NCBI GenBank assembly: GCA_963977015.1
Contig: CAXBMO010000010.1
Coordinates: 32,001-96,000, forward strand
Source of the DNA: an uncultured bacterium
GTDB lineage: Bacteria > Verrucomicrobiota > Verrucomicrobiia > Verrucomicrobiales > DEV007
DNA length: 64,000 nt
Direction: 5' to 3'
Below are positions 9,361 through 19,565 of the stretch, in pieces. A program made the translations under genes and the position numbers. How positions within the stretch are numbered: position 1 is the stretch's first letter; every line of letters starts with the position of its first letter. The notes beneath the pieces are model-generated. The model was not told where the DNA came from. It saw nothing but the letters and a program-made list of their open reading frames with translations, and made no database searches.

Positions 9361-10197
9361 ATGATGGACTCCAAGGAAATCCGAAAACGCATTCGCCATT
9401 TAATCGCGGAGCAAGGCCCCGTTGCGAGGCGGGACGTTGTCGCAGCGTTTCGGAAGGACGGTGTTCCCAATGAGGAGATCGATAAAACGATCAACAAACT
9501 CATTAGTCTCCAAGTTCTTTATCCCTGTTCGCGCCAACGGGTTTGGGACCAGGATGAGAAGGCCCTGTTGATCGCGGAGGCCAAGCGGTTGATCGCTAAA
9601 GCGCCGCAAACCCGGGTCACGTTGTCAAGGGAGCTGGAGAAACTGGACACGGGTGCCAGCATCAATTTTCTGCGACAGGTTCTCTTTGAACAGCTTCAGG
9701 AAGATCCCGAGGTGTTCCTTCATTTTGGCCGCAACGGGCAGTTTTTGCTGAGCACGGAAAAGCCCGACGTGGAGGAGACCTTGAAGCCGGTGATTCCGCG
9801 AGTGCTGTCGCTTCAAAAAGCCGGTTACGATCGTGGAGAGTTGGAGTCAGCCCTTTTTGGAGGACAAGGCTCCTCTGGAACGTTTCAGGGAAGACTTCGG
9901 TCGCCCTCTCAGGAATCCGGGCTCGACTTTCAACGCGATGCTTGTGAATTGCTGGTTTTTGCCTGGCAAGACGCGGAGAGCGAGGAAACGCGCCAGAGTT
10001 TGGAAGGCGTCATGGTTACCTTGGGACTGGATCCGGTCGAAACGGCAGACAGCACGGCTGAGTTCAGCGGAGTGCTCCATCAATGCCGCGAAAAAGTCAG
10101 CAAAGGCGAGAAGGTGCGGGTGCAGTTGCCGGGATGGCGTCTCAAAAACAGCCGCGGCGATTATCTGATCGCGAAAGCCCACGTAGAGAAAATTTAA
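9361..10197 (+). CDS. Hypothetical protein: winged-helix-like N-terminus and GrpE-like C-terminal domain
   Basis: The C-terminus LGLDPV...F...LH...GEKVRVQLPGW.L...LI.KA.V resembles the GrpE beta domain. The N-terminus has helical wHTH-like segments. Confidence 0.55.
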   Translation: MMDSKEIRKRIRHLIAEQGPVARRDVVAAFRKDGVPNEEIDKTINKLISLQVLYPCSRQRVWDQDEKALLIAEAKRLIAKAPQTRVTLSRELEKLDTGASINFLRQVLFEQLQEDPEVFLHFGRNGQFLLSTEKPDVEETLKPVIPRVLSLQKAGYDRGELESALFGGQGSSGTFQGRLRSPSQESGLDFQRDACELLVFAWQDAESEETRQSLEGVMVTLGLDPVETADSTAEFSGVLHQCREKVSKGEKVRVQLPGWRLKNSRGDYLIAKAHVEKI

Positions 10198-10219
10198 ACA
10201 ACCGAGTTCACGAACCATT

Positions 10220-11569
10220 ATGTCATTCAACGAACAAACCATCTCGATCGACTTCGGAAACAGTTACTGCAAGGTCGGTTTGAGAATCGAAGGAAACGGA
10301 GACTCGCAGTTGTTGCGGGATGGAAGTTTCAGCTTCGATGAAGGGAATTTCTGCATCCCGACGATTGTGGGGCAGCGCAAAAGCGATGGAATTTTTCGCT
10401 ATGGAACGGAGGTGCTGGAGGAAGGAAGCGAGGACATCAAGGTCTACCGGAACTGGAAACCGCTCTTTTTCGAAGACAGCGATCAGGCGAGCCAGGATTC
10501 CCTGCGTAATGCTCTGATGGAAGATGGTCACGATGTCGAGGATCTCGCCCTGGGATATTTTACGTGGCTGCGTCGTCAGGTTGAGCCGATTTGCCGTCAA
10601 AATCATGAGCTCGAGGACCTCGAGAAACTTCCGGTCCGTATTACGCTGCCCGCGTTTGGAAATGTGGCTCGCGCGACGGAGCGTTTGGAAGAACTCCTTT
10701 CGGAGAGCGGTTGGGAGCTTTGCCATACCGAGCAAGCCATTCCCGAACCCGTTGCCAATGCGATCGGCGCATTTGCCCAGGGGCGTAACGCCGTTTGGTC
10801 GCCTCCCCAGATGCAGGGTGGCCGGCCGATGCCGATGCAAAGCGACAGTCTGATGCCTCATTATGGAACCATGTTTGAGGATTCACCTTTTCTTGAAGCG
10901 TTCCGGATGAACGCGATGCAGGATCTGGACGATCCCATGCATTGGGTGCTTGTTGTTGATTTGGGCGGATATACTCTCGATTTCGCGATGCTGGGGTTTG
11001 ACCTGGAAGATCTGAGCCAAACCTTCGATAGTTCGGCGCTGCAAAGCGATCCTCCTCGGTTCGCGAGGATTTCCTATCCTCTCGGTGTGATGGATCTCGA
11101 TCAGATGGTTCACGATGCGTTGCCGCCTGATCAGCAGGAAGCCATGCAAATCATGAATTCGGATGTTGATCAGCGGCGTCTCGAGACGTTCCACCGGCTT
11201 TGCTACAGCAATTTCCGCCCTTTCCGCGTTGGCCGGACGGAAATTGGCAGTGGTTCGAATGGCGAACTCGTGCGAGGCGCGGTGGACGCTTTTGCGGTCA
11301 AGATCCAGCAGCTTGCCGAGAAATTTATGGATTCTCATCAGTTCCCCCGCGTTGACCAACTGGTCCTCACCGGAGGTGGATCCAACATTCCGGCAGTTCG
11401 CAAAGTTCTCATCGATCAACTCCGGCCGGGGCACACCCACGGTGCGGTGAATCGAGAGGCGGAGCTCGGTGTGGAGGAAGATGTTTATACCGAGTTGGGC
11501 CACGATCTGGTGCGTGGTGCAACGGCGACCGGTGGAACGAGCGTCTACTTCGAGTTTTTGGCCAGTTAG
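10220..11569 (+). CDS. Hsp70/actin-like ATPase, nucleotide-binding domain only
   Basis: ISIDFGNS (phosphate 1), IPEPVANA (connect 1), LVVDLGGYTLDF (phosphate 2), LVLTGGGSNIP (adenosine). It ends at 449 aa with no substrate-binding domain. Confidence 0.8.
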   Translation: MSFNEQTISIDFGNSYCKVGLRIEGNGDSQLLRDGSFSFDEGNFCIPTIVGQRKSDGIFRYGTEVLEEGSEDIKVYRNWKPLFFEDSDQASQDSLRNALMEDGHDVEDLALGYFTWLRRQVEPICRQNHELEDLEKLPVRITLPAFGNVARATERLEELLSESGWELCHTEQAIPEPVANAIGAFAQGRNAVWSPPQMQGGRPMPMQSDSLMPHYGTMFEDSPFLEAFRMNAMQDLDDPMHWVLVVDLGGYTLDFAMLGFDLEDLSQTFDSSALQSDPPRFARISYPLGVMDLDQMVHDALPPDQQEAMQIMNSDVDQRRLETFHRLCYSNFRPFRVGRTEIGSGSNGELVRGAVDAFAVKIQQLAEKFMDSHQFPRVDQLVLTGGGSNIPAVRKVLIDQLRPGHTHGAVNREAELGVEEDVYTELGHDLVRGATATGGTSVYFEFLAS

Positions 11570-11738
11570 AGCATTTGAAGTGGAGTTGGCGCAAATTGCG
11601 GTTCCTCTTCCTTCGGCGAAGCCTCACTTCTTTCCAGATCCTGGTCATCTTCATTGGCTAAAGGTTTACTTGAACTGCTCTCCAGCGACGATTCGCGGAA
11701 TGGGTGCGTTGTGCTAAGGGTGTGGTGAAACAAACCCT

Positions 11739-13208
11739 GTGCAGATCATCAAAGCCCTTCTTCTCAGCCTCGTGGTATTGGCCCACGTCCCGATTGTGTC
11801 GGGCGGCCAGCCCAACATTCTCTTCATCGTCTCAGACGATTTATCGGCCACGGCTCTGGGGGCCTACGGCAATGAAGTTTGTAAAACGCCGAATCTGGAT
11901 CGGTTGGCGAGCGAGGGAATCCAATTCAATCGAGCCTATTGTCAGTATCCCGTTTGCGGAGCTTCCCGGGCATCGTTCATGAGTGGATTGTATCCCGAAA
12001 CGACCGGCTTCTTGGGAAACATCAAGACCTTGGGGAGTTACCGAAAGGTGAATCCAACTTACGCGGACCATCCCAGCATTGGCGGGTTCCTGAGGCGAAA
12101 TGGTTATGTTTCCGCGCGCGTTTCCAAGATCTATCATATGGGCGTTCCCGGAGGAATTGAAGCGGGCGAACCGGGGGGCGATGAGCCGGATTCCTGGGAT
12201 CGCGCCTTCGATGTTTGGGCGCCGGAAACGGGGAGTCCGGGAGTTTTTACCAATCTTTCTCCGGCCCATAAGCATTGGGGAGGAGCTTTCGTGCGGGTTG
12301 TCGTTCCCGACGATCAATCCGCGACGCAAGCAGATGAAATGGCGACGACGCAGGCAATTGGGATCCTCGAGAATCGCGCCTTGCACCGAAATAATACCAA
12401 TTTTCTGAAGCCGGGAGCCCCGCTCTTTCTCGCCGTGGGATTGGTTCGTCCACATGTGCCTCTCGTTGCTCCCGAACGCCATTTCCGGCACTACAACGCA
12501 GAAAATGTAACGCTTCCTGAGGTTGTCGATGGTGATTTGGATGATGTGCCCGCTCCCAATCGTAAGAAAGCGAATGCGACTTCCTACAAGATGTCTCCGG
12601 ATCAGGCTCAGGAGGCGCTCGCGGCATATTACGCCAGCGTGACCTACATGGATGAACAGGTTGGCCGACTCCTTGATGCCCTCGATCGCCTGGAAATGGC
12701 AAACGACACCATCGTCGTCTTCATTTCGGACCATGGCTGGCTTTTGGGCGAGCATGGATCCTGGCAGAAGTCGAATCTGTTTGATCCCGCCTGCCGGGTT
12801 CCGCTGATCATTCGGGCGCCGGGACGACAAGTTGGTGCCGGTAGAGCTGACGCCCATTTGGTGGAGTTGGTCGACCTCTATCCGACGTTGGCCGAATTGG
12901 CCGGTTTGAAGGAAAAGGCACCCGAAAGTCTGGAGGGTCTCTCGCTCGTTCCGTTGCTCGAGAATCCCGACTTTTCGGGGTGGCCGCGAGAGGCAAGTTT
13001 GACGGTGATGGGAACTAAAAAGGCGACTCACCGATCGTTGCGATCCGAGGACTACCGCTACAGCCGGTATGCCGAGGGAGAAGAAGAACTCTACGATCAC
13101 GTCAACGATGCCCGCGAGATCACCAATCAAGCCAGCAATCCCGAGTTCGCACCGGTTCTGGATCGGCTTCGAAGCGCCATGGACGAAATCATCGCCAAAC
13201 CCAAATAA
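11739..13208 (+). CDS. Sulfatase (iduronate-2-sulfatase-like)
   Basis: PNILFIVSDDL, FGly motif CGASRAS..SG, RPHVP, SDHG..LGEHG.WQK. Confidence 0.95.
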   Translation: MQIIKALLLSLVVLAHVPIVSGGQPNILFIVSDDLSATALGAYGNEVCKTPNLDRLASEGIQFNRAYCQYPVCGASRASFMSGLYPETTGFLGNIKTLGSYRKVNPTYADHPSIGGFLRRNGYVSARVSKIYHMGVPGGIEAGEPGGDEPDSWDRAFDVWAPETGSPGVFTNLSPAHKHWGGAFVRVVVPDDQSATQADEMATTQAIGILENRALHRNNTNFLKPGAPLFLAVGLVRPHVPLVAPERHFRHYNAENVTLPEVVDGDLDDVPAPNRKKANATSYKMSPDQAQEALAAYYASVTYMDEQVGRLLDALDRLEMANDTIVVFISDHGWLLGEHGSWQKSNLFDPACRVPLIIRAPGRQVGAGRADAHLVELVDLYPTLAELAGLKEKAPESLEGLSLVPLLENPDFSGWPREASLTVMGTKKATHRSLRSEDYRYSRYAEGEEELYDHVNDAREITNQASNPEFAPVLDRLRSAMDEIIAKPK

Positions 13209-13227
13209 CTGCATTTTCCCAACTCTG

Positions 13228-13650
13228 ATGAATCACATCTCTGAGCGACTCCTGAAGAGCGCCTATCACGTCGGCGAACTGCCATCCGGTGCCTTGTTGA
13301 TCAAAGACAACGCCATTTATCCGTGGTTTATGATCGTCCCCGCGGGCGAATTTACCGAATTGCTGGACTTGCCGAAGCCCTTACAGCTTCACCTGCTCGA
13401 GGACATCAACCAGCTTTCCCAATTCATCCTCAAACACTTGCCGGAATTTCAGAAGCTCAATGTGGGAGCGATTGGAAATGTCGTTCCGCAATTCCATTTC
13501 CATGTGGTCGGGCGCCATCAAGGTGATCCGGCGTGGCCCGGTCCCGTTTGGGGGCACCGCGAAAGCCGAAAATACGAGGATGGAGAGCTGACCCAACTCG
13601 TCGAAATGCTGGAAAATCACCTCGCGGAATTCACGAAACGCGAGGGGTAA
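13228..13650 (+). CDS. HIT family hydrolase
   Basis: YPWFMIVP, KLNVGAIGNVVPQFHFHVVGR..DPAWPGPVWG. Confidence 0.92.
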   Translation: MNHISERLLKSAYHVGELPSGALLIKDNAIYPWFMIVPAGEFTELLDLPKPLQLHLLEDINQLSQFILKHLPEFQKLNVGAIGNVVPQFHFHVVGRHQGDPAWPGPVWGHRESRKYEDGELTQLVEMLENHLAEFTKREG

Positions 13651-13654
13651 CCTG

Positions 13655-14413
13655 CTATTCGTCCTTATCCAGATATTCGAGTTCCTTCCGCATCACCCGG
13701 CCAACCCGGTGTTTGGCGAGGTAAACCTGGGCGCTGGTGACACCCAATTCCTTGCGGACCTCATCCACTTCCCAGCCCTTCACGACGTAACAGTAAAAAA
13801 TCTGATACTGCTGGGGTGAAACCTTGGCCTTGGTCCGCTTGAGCGCCATGTCGGTCAGGTTTCCCTTCCATTCCCGCTCCCAGAGGTGCTCAAACCCGAA
13901 ATTGGAGTTGTCGGGAATCATGTCCATCGTCGCGGTATTGCGATCATCGTAGGCGTCTTTGGGCCTTCCCTGATAGATCTCCTGCTGCTTGCGCGTCCGA
14001 AACTGATCCGCGATCCGCCATCGCGTCTGATTCATGAGCCACGCCTTGAACGAGCCTCCATCGCGGGTGAAGTTCTTCTTCTTCATGTTCTTCGCCACCC
14101 GAATGAAGGTTTCCTGAACCACTTCATTGGACTCGGTTTCGCTTAGACCCGCTTTGCAGGCGACCTTGAAGACAAAACTCGAGTAGGTCCGGAAAAACTC
14201 GTCCCAGCTAGCTTGATCGTCCCAATCCTTGAGCTTTTGAATCAGAGTTTTGCGTGTTGCCGGGTAGTTGAAGCCCTTCGATGCCTTTTTCTTGCCCTTG
14301 GTTACTTCGGCAGCGTCCTCTTCAACGACTTCGGCTTCTGATTCTTTCTCTGGTTCGCTCAAAATTTGGATTGCTGGGGTTTGCTTAGAAGAGCTTGATG
14401 GATTGGCGCTCAA
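13655..14413 (-). CDS. ECF RNA polymerase sigma factor
   Basis: TRKTLI..L..W.D..SW.EF, EVVQETF, GSFKAWL, and region 4 LGVTSAQVYLAKHRV. Start codon uncertain. Confidence 0.9.
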   Translation of the reverse strand: MSANPSSSSKQTPAIQILSEPEKESEAEVVEEDAAEVTKGKKKASKGFNYPATRKTLIQKLKDWDDQASWDEFFRTYSSFVFKVACKAGLSETESNEVVQETFIRVAKNMKKKNFTRDGGSFKAWLMNQTRWRIADQFRTRKQQEIYQGRPKDAYDDRNTATMDMIPDNSNFGFEHLWEREWKGNLTDMALKRTKAKVSPQQYQIFYCYVVKGWEVDEVRKELGVTSAQVYLAKHRVGRVMRKELEYLDKDE

Positions 14414-14513
14414 AAATCACCGAAATCTTCCTCATGAGTGTAGCGGAGTTCGTTTCGAAACGCAGGGATTTTTTTGAGTTTGGAAAAGGCAGAATTCTGG
14501 AGAGACTTCAACA

Positions 14514-15035
14514 ATGAGCAAAATTGTTGTCCTGATGGGAGTTTCCGGTTCAGGAAAAAGCACCATTGGCGAAATTCTGGCGGATTGGACTGAGGGAAAA
14601 TACTATGACGGAGATGATTTCCACCCTGCCGAAAATGTGGCGAAAATGAGGGCGGGGATTCCCCTCACTGATGAGGATCGCAAAGGATGGTTTGAGGCTC
14701 TTGGCAAATTGGTGACCGAGCGAATGGCGCAGGATGAGTGGACGTTCATTGCCTGTTCCGCACTTCGCCGGCGCTATCGGGACCGGCTTCGGGAGGATGA
14801 TCCCAATCTCAAGTTTGTCTGGCTGGAAGGTTCGTTCGAACTGATTGAGAGCCGAATGCAGGCCCGGGAAGGGCATTACATGCCAGCAAGCCTGCTAAAG
14901 AGCCAGTTTGAGGCGCTTGAAGCGCCCGAGCTAGACGAAGAGATTCCGGAAATTTCGATCGAGCCCGATCCTCCGGAAATCGCCAAACGCGTTGCGGAAG
15001 CCCTCAGTTTTTCGGTGCCAGAGCAGAAGTGCTGA
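14514..15035 (+). CDS. gntK: Gluconokinase
   Basis: MGVSGSGKST, DGDDFHP.ENV.KM..GIPLTDEDR, ACSALRR.YR, GHYMP.SLL.SQF..LE. Confidence 0.95.
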   Translation: MSKIVVLMGVSGSGKSTIGEILADWTEGKYYDGDDFHPAENVAKMRAGIPLTDEDRKGWFEALGKLVTERMAQDEWTFIACSALRRRYRDRLREDDPNLKFVWLEGSFELIESRMQAREGHYMPASLLKSQFEALEAPELDEEIPEISIEPDPPEIAKRVAEALSFSVPEQKC

Positions 15036-15297
15036 CGTAAGCCTCGATTCCGGTGCTGGATTCGACGAGCACGTAGCTGCCGGCATCCTGGAGAATTATT
15101 TTCACCTCGGTTCCGGGGGCGAACGTGCCATCCGGCGGGCGAGCTTGTTGCGGGCCGCCTACGTAATACGCGCTTGGTGTGTTTACCACGTGGGTAAAGT
15201 CGGTTTCGGGAGCGGGCGCCTCGGGGCCCGCATCATTGCAGCTGAGCAAGATCGCCGAACTGAACAGAAGGCTGATGAGAAGAGAGAGTTGTTTCAT
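15004..15297 (-). CDS. Small lipoprotein with SH3-like domain
   Basis: Lipobox LLSC; GPQQARPPDG...GT.V.I....GSY..V.....GIEAYV...L. Confidence 0.7.
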   Translation of the reverse strand: MKQLSLLISLLFSSAILLSCNDAGPEAPAPETDFTHVVNTPSAYYVGGPQQARPPDGTFAPGTEVKIILQDAGSYVLVESSTGIEAYVSTSALAPKN

Positions 15298-15385
15298 GAT
15301 TCTTCCTGCCGATTTTTTGTCCTGTTAGACGGACCTTCACATTGCTTTTGCGTGACGATTGTTTTCGGGATACAGAGCGCAACCA

Positions 15386-16060
15386 ATGAGCGACCAAACC
15401 AAAGCCCGCAAGAAGAACTATCGCATCGGCAAAGTGGCGGCGGTTTTCATGTATCTTGTCACCATGACGATGCGGGTCAAATTGCACGATCATTGCGGCT
15501 TTCTTTCCAAGCGGCCGGATCATCCCATCATTCACGCAATTTGGCACAACAGCATTTTTTCCTGGCCCTACTCTTACCTGAAGTATTGGCCGGAACGATC
15601 GGGAGCAGCCCTGACAAGCGCCAGCAAGGACGGCGAGATTGTCGCGGGAGCCTTGGAATACTTCGGCATCTCTGCCGTCCGCGGTTCGAACTCACGCCGC
15701 GGTGTCGCCGCCCTCATCGAGCTCAAAAAATGGATTAACAACGGCTACGACATCGCCATTACCCCGGATGGTCCGCGGGGGCCCTGTCATTATCTGCAAC
15801 CTGGAATCGTGATGTTGGCAAAAAAGAGCGAGGCCGTCATCATGCCGTATCGCATCGAATATCAAAATTCGTGGCGATTGAAAACCTGGGATCGCTTCCA
15901 CATTCCCAAACCCTTTTCCCGGGCCGATGTCCACCTTGGTCCCTACATCCCGGTTCCCAGTGACCTTTCCGACGAGGCATTTGAGGCGGAGCGGTTGAAA
16001 ATTCAGGAAGCACTTGGCGGAGAACCTAATTCAGCAGCCAAGGACCCAGATCCTTCTTAG
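15386..16060 (+). CDS. DUF374 / lysophospholipid acyltransferase family protein
   Basis: IWHN, SASKDGE, VRGSNSRRG, ITPDGPRGP, WDRFHIPKPFS. Confidence 0.9.
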   Translation: MSDQTKARKKNYRIGKVAAVFMYLVTMTMRVKLHDHCGFLSKRPDHPIIHAIWHNSIFSWPYSYLKYWPERSGAALTSASKDGEIVAGALEYFGISAVRGSNSRRGVAALIELKKWINNGYDIAITPDGPRGPCHYLQPGIVMLAKKSEAVIMPYRIEYQNSWRLKTWDRFHIPKPFSRADVHLGPYIPVPSDLSDEAFEAERLKIQEALGGEPNSAAKDPDPS

Positions 16061-19000
16061 CATCGTCGGTTGCCTCGATCCAATACCGGCGATGGGCCAG
16101 AATCACGGTTTCTGATCCATCCTCACCGTGAAGACGAAGGCGAAGAGGGGAGTGTCCGCGATGGCGCTCGGCGATGGCTTTGATGCGCTGCAGGTCCTGG
16201 ACGCGATCCGTGTTCGCGTCGATCACGAGTTCAATGGGCTCAATGGGAACCTGCACCGTTTCCTTCTCAAATTCGGCCGGATCAAAAGGTATCGCTTCCA
16301 GCGGAGAAATCTCCTGTGCGTTGAGGCGGCGCACCTCATTCCGTCGATCGAATTCGATATTTCCCTTGATCACGACGACGTTTCCTTTCACCAGATCCTG
16401 GCTGCAGACGTTATAAACGTCGTTCCAGACCGGAATCTCGACGGTGCCGGAGAAGTCCTCCACCATGAGAATCGCGAAAGGCTTCCCGTCTCTCTTGGCG
16501 TATTTGACGGCAGCTTCCGTGATCAGGCCCGCGAAACGCACCGGACTCTTGCTTTCGGGAAGCGCGGGAATTTGGGTGAATTTCTTGTATTTGCCGACTT
16601 TGAAAGACTTGCGATACAAATCGAGCGGATGGCCGGTCACGTAAAAACCGAGAAGGTCCTTTTCCGCAACCAGCATTTCATCTTGAGGCCATTCGTCCAC
16701 CTCGATCTCAGTTTGAGCCGCTGGAACCGATGTCTCGGCAATCTCATCCATTCCGAAGAGCGAACCTTGTCCAGACCGGAGGTCCTTCTGGGTTGTGGCG
16801 GCCGAGGCGACTACTTGATCAAGGCGGTTGAACATCGCGGCCCGTTTTTCCTCGGTGAAATCGAACGCGCCGCATCGGATCAGACTTTCCAGGATCTTCT
16901 TGTTCACCGTCTTTGAGTCGAGCCGGTTGCTGAAGTCTTCCAGACTCTTGAATGCGCCGTTCTTCTCTCGCTCTGCCACCGCCAATGCCATGGCCGCTTC
17001 ACCGACGTTCTTGATGGCGGCGACTCCGAAGCGAATGGCCCGTTTGGGTTGTCCCCATTCGTCGATTCCCGGTTCGGGAGCAAATTTGAGGCGGCTCAGG
17101 TTCACGTTCGGGGGCAGAATATCGATCCCCATTTTCTGGCATTCGGCGACGAAGATGGAGATTTTTTCCGTGTTGTTGATCTCGTTGGAGAGCAGGCCCG
17201 ACATGAATTCCACCGGATAATTCGCTTTGAGATAGGCGGTCTGATAACTCACCAATCCGTAGGCGGCGGAGTGCGACTTGTTGAAACCGTACTTCGCGAA
17301 TTCCTGCAGAATATCGAAAATCTGGTTCGCGAGCTTGGCTTCGATGTCATTGACCTCCTTCGCGCCTTTCACGAACTTCACGCGTTCCTGCTCCATGATC
17401 TCGACCTTCTTTTTACCCATCGCGCGTCGCAACAAGTCAGCTTGGCCGAGACTGTATCCCGCGAGGACGTTTGCGCATCGCTGCACCTGCTCCTGATAAA
17501 TCAGAATTCCGTAGGTCTCCTTTGCGATCTCCTCAAACAAGGGGTGGGGATAGTCGACCTGTTCCTTGCCCTTCTTCCGCGCGATGTAGCTCGGAATGAA
17601 GTCCATCGGACCGGGCCGATAAAGTGCGATCAGGGCGATGATGTCGTCGATGGAGTTGACGTCAAACTGCTTACAGAGATTGACCATGCCGCCAGATTCC
17701 AACTGGAACACGCCGCAGGTTTCTCCGCGATTCAGAAGGTCAAAAGTGGCCTGGTCATCGAGCGGAATCTTTGCGATATCAAAATCGGGCGTGTGAACAT
17801 GGATCAAATCCACCGCGTCCTTGATCACGGTCAAGTTCTTGAGACCGAGGAAGTCCATCTTGAGCATCCCGAGATCGGTGAGCGGGCTCATCGCGTACTG
17901 GGAGACGATTTCCCCCTCCTTTGCCCGGGTCAGCGCCATCAACTCGGTCAAATCCCGATCCCCAATCACGACTCCAGCCGCGTGAACCCCCGTTCCCCGC
18001 GTCAATCCTTCCAGTGCGGTCGCGTAATCCCAGACCTGCTTCGTCGCGGCTTCGTTTTCCAGCGCTTCTTTCAGCTCCGGATTCTTCTGCCGTGCTTCGG
18101 CCAAATTGATGTTCAATTCGTTCGGAATCATCTTCGCGAGACGATCGGAGTCGGTGAAACTCCAGCCCATCACACGCCCGACATCGCGGACCACACTCTT
18201 GGCGCCGAGCGTTCCAAAAGTGATGATGTGCGATACGCAGCGTTCGCCGTATTTTTTCCGAACGTAGTCGATCACTTCCATCCGGCGAGTCGGGCAAAAG
18301 TCGACGTCGACGTCCGGAGGAGAAACCCGCTCCGGATTCAGGAATCGTTCGAAAATCAGGCCAAATCGGATTGGGCAGATGTCGGTGATTTCCAATGCGT
18401 AGGCCACGAGGCTTCCCGCAGCCGAACCGCGGCCTGGACCCACTGGAATTCCGTTGTCTTTCGCCCATTTAATGAAGTCCCACACAATCAGGAAGTAGGA
18501 GATGAAACCCATTTTCTCCATGATCCCGATCTCGTAGTCGAGTCGTTCCTGGAGCTCGTCACTAATGTCTTCGCCGTAGCGATTCACGAGACCTTCCTGA
18601 CAAATGCGTCGGAAAAACTCCTCGGGAGGGCTTCCGTCGGGTGCCGCGAACCGGGGATACTTCTCAATGCTGGTCGCATCCAGCTTGATCTCCAAATCAC
18701 ACATGTCCGCAATGAGCCGCGAATTTGTCACCGCTTCGGGATACTCCGCGAAGACCTCGCGCATCTCCTCTTCGCTCTTGAAATACACCTCCTCGGAATA
18801 GGTCATCCGGTTTTGGTCCATCTCCAACCGGTTGGTCCCGATACAGATCAGGACGTCGTGCGCCTTGTGATCGGCGCGATTCAAGAAGTGGCAGTCATTC
18901 GCGGCAACGAGCTTGAGATCAAACTCCTTCGCGAATTCGACCAGCTGGGCGGTGCACTTGCGTTGCGCCTCCATCCCGTGATCGTGGATTTCGAGGAAAA

Positions 19001-19565
19001 AGTGCTCTTTCCCGAAAATATCGATGAACGACTGCACGCTCTCCCGTGCTTCCGCGATCATGTCGTCCTGAATGAACTGGTTGATCTCCCCCGTAATACA
19101 TCCGCTCAAAACGATCAAACCTTCGGAATACTTCGCCAGCGTCTCCTTATCGACCCTGGGTTTGTAATAAAAACCCTCCAGGTGCGCCATCGACACCAGC
19201 TTCGACAAATTCTCGAACCCCTTCTCATTTTTCGCCAAAACCGTGAGGTGGGAGTTCTTCCTTTGTCCCACCTTTTTGGTCTTCTGCTCCATCGGGACCC
19301 CGGGAGGTGTCAGGTAGATTTCGCAGCCAATAATCGGCTTGATTCCGTTCTTTTTCGCGGCCTGATAGAACTCGATCGCCCCGTAGAGATTGCCGTGATC
19401 AGTCATCGCGACTGCCGGCATGCGAAATTCCTTGGCCCGGGCCATCAGATCCTTGATTCGAATCGCCCCGTCCAGCGTGGAATACTCGGTGTGCAGATGG
19501 AGGTGCACAAATTGTGCGTCCAGCTTTGGTTCCTCGCTTTCGGGATTTGCAGCATCATCAGCCAT
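16026..19565 (-). CDS. dnaE: DNA polymerase III subunit alpha
   Basis: FVHLHLHTEYS.LDG PHP domain, GPGRGSAAGS, FERFLNPERVSPPDVDVDF, YGFNKSH. Confidence 0.99.
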   Translation of the reverse strand: MADDAANPESEEPKLDAQFVHLHLHTEYSTLDGAIRIKDLMARAKEFRMPAVAMTDHGNLYGAIEFYQAAKKNGIKPIIGCEIYLTPPGVPMEQKTKKVGQRKNSHLTVLAKNEKGFENLSKLVSMAHLEGFYYKPRVDKETLAKYSEGLIVLSGCITGEINQFIQDDMIAEARESVQSFIDIFGKEHFFLEIHDHGMEAQRKCTAQLVEFAKEFDLKLVAANDCHFLNRADHKAHDVLICIGTNRLEMDQNRMTYSEEVYFKSEEEMREVFAEYPEAVTNSRLIADMCDLEIKLDATSIEKYPRFAAPDGSPPEEFFRRICQEGLVNRYGEDISDELQERLDYEIGIMEKMGFISYFLIVWDFIKWAKDNGIPVGPGRGSAAGSLVAYALEITDICPIRFGLIFERFLNPERVSPPDVDVDFCPTRRMEVIDYVRKKYGERCVSHIITFGTLGAKSVVRDVGRVMGWSFTDSDRLAKMIPNELNINLAEARQKNPELKEALENEAATKQVWDYATALEGLTRGTGVHAAGVVIGDRDLTELMALTRAKEGEIVSQYAMSPLTDLGMLKMDFLGLKNLTVIKDAVDLIHVHTPDFDIAKIPLDDQATFDLLNRGETCGVFQLESGGMVNLCKQFDVNSIDDIIALIALYRPGPMDFIPSYIARKKGKEQVDYPHPLFEEIAKETYGILIYQEQVQRCANVLAGYSLGQADLLRRAMGKKKVEIMEQERVKFVKGAKEVNDIEAKLANQIFDILQEFAKYGFNKSHSAAYGLVSYQTAYLKANYPVEFMSGLLSNEINNTEKISIFVAECQKMGIDILPPNVNLSRLKFAPEPGIDEWGQPKRAIRFGVAAIKNVGEAAMALAVAEREKNGAFKSLEDFSNRLDSKTVNKKILESLIRCGAFDFTEEKRAAMFNRLDQVVASAATTQKDLRSGQGSLFGMDEIAETSVPAAQTEIEVDEWPQDEMLVAEKDLLGFYVTGHPLDLYRKSFKVGKYKKFTQIPALPESKSPVRFAGLITEAAVKYAKRDGKPFAILMVEDFSGTVEIPVWNDVYNVCSQDLVKGNVVVIKGNIEFDRRNEVRRLNAQEISPLEAIPFDPAEFEKETVQVPIEPIELVIDANTDRVQDLQRIKAIAERHRGHSPLRLRLHGEDGSETVILAHRRYWIEATDDAKKDLGPWLLN

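Noticed and set aside
16026-19565. Possible intein or split in dnaE
   Set aside because: Length (1179 aa) and motif order are those of an uninterrupted DnaE; no intein signatures seen.
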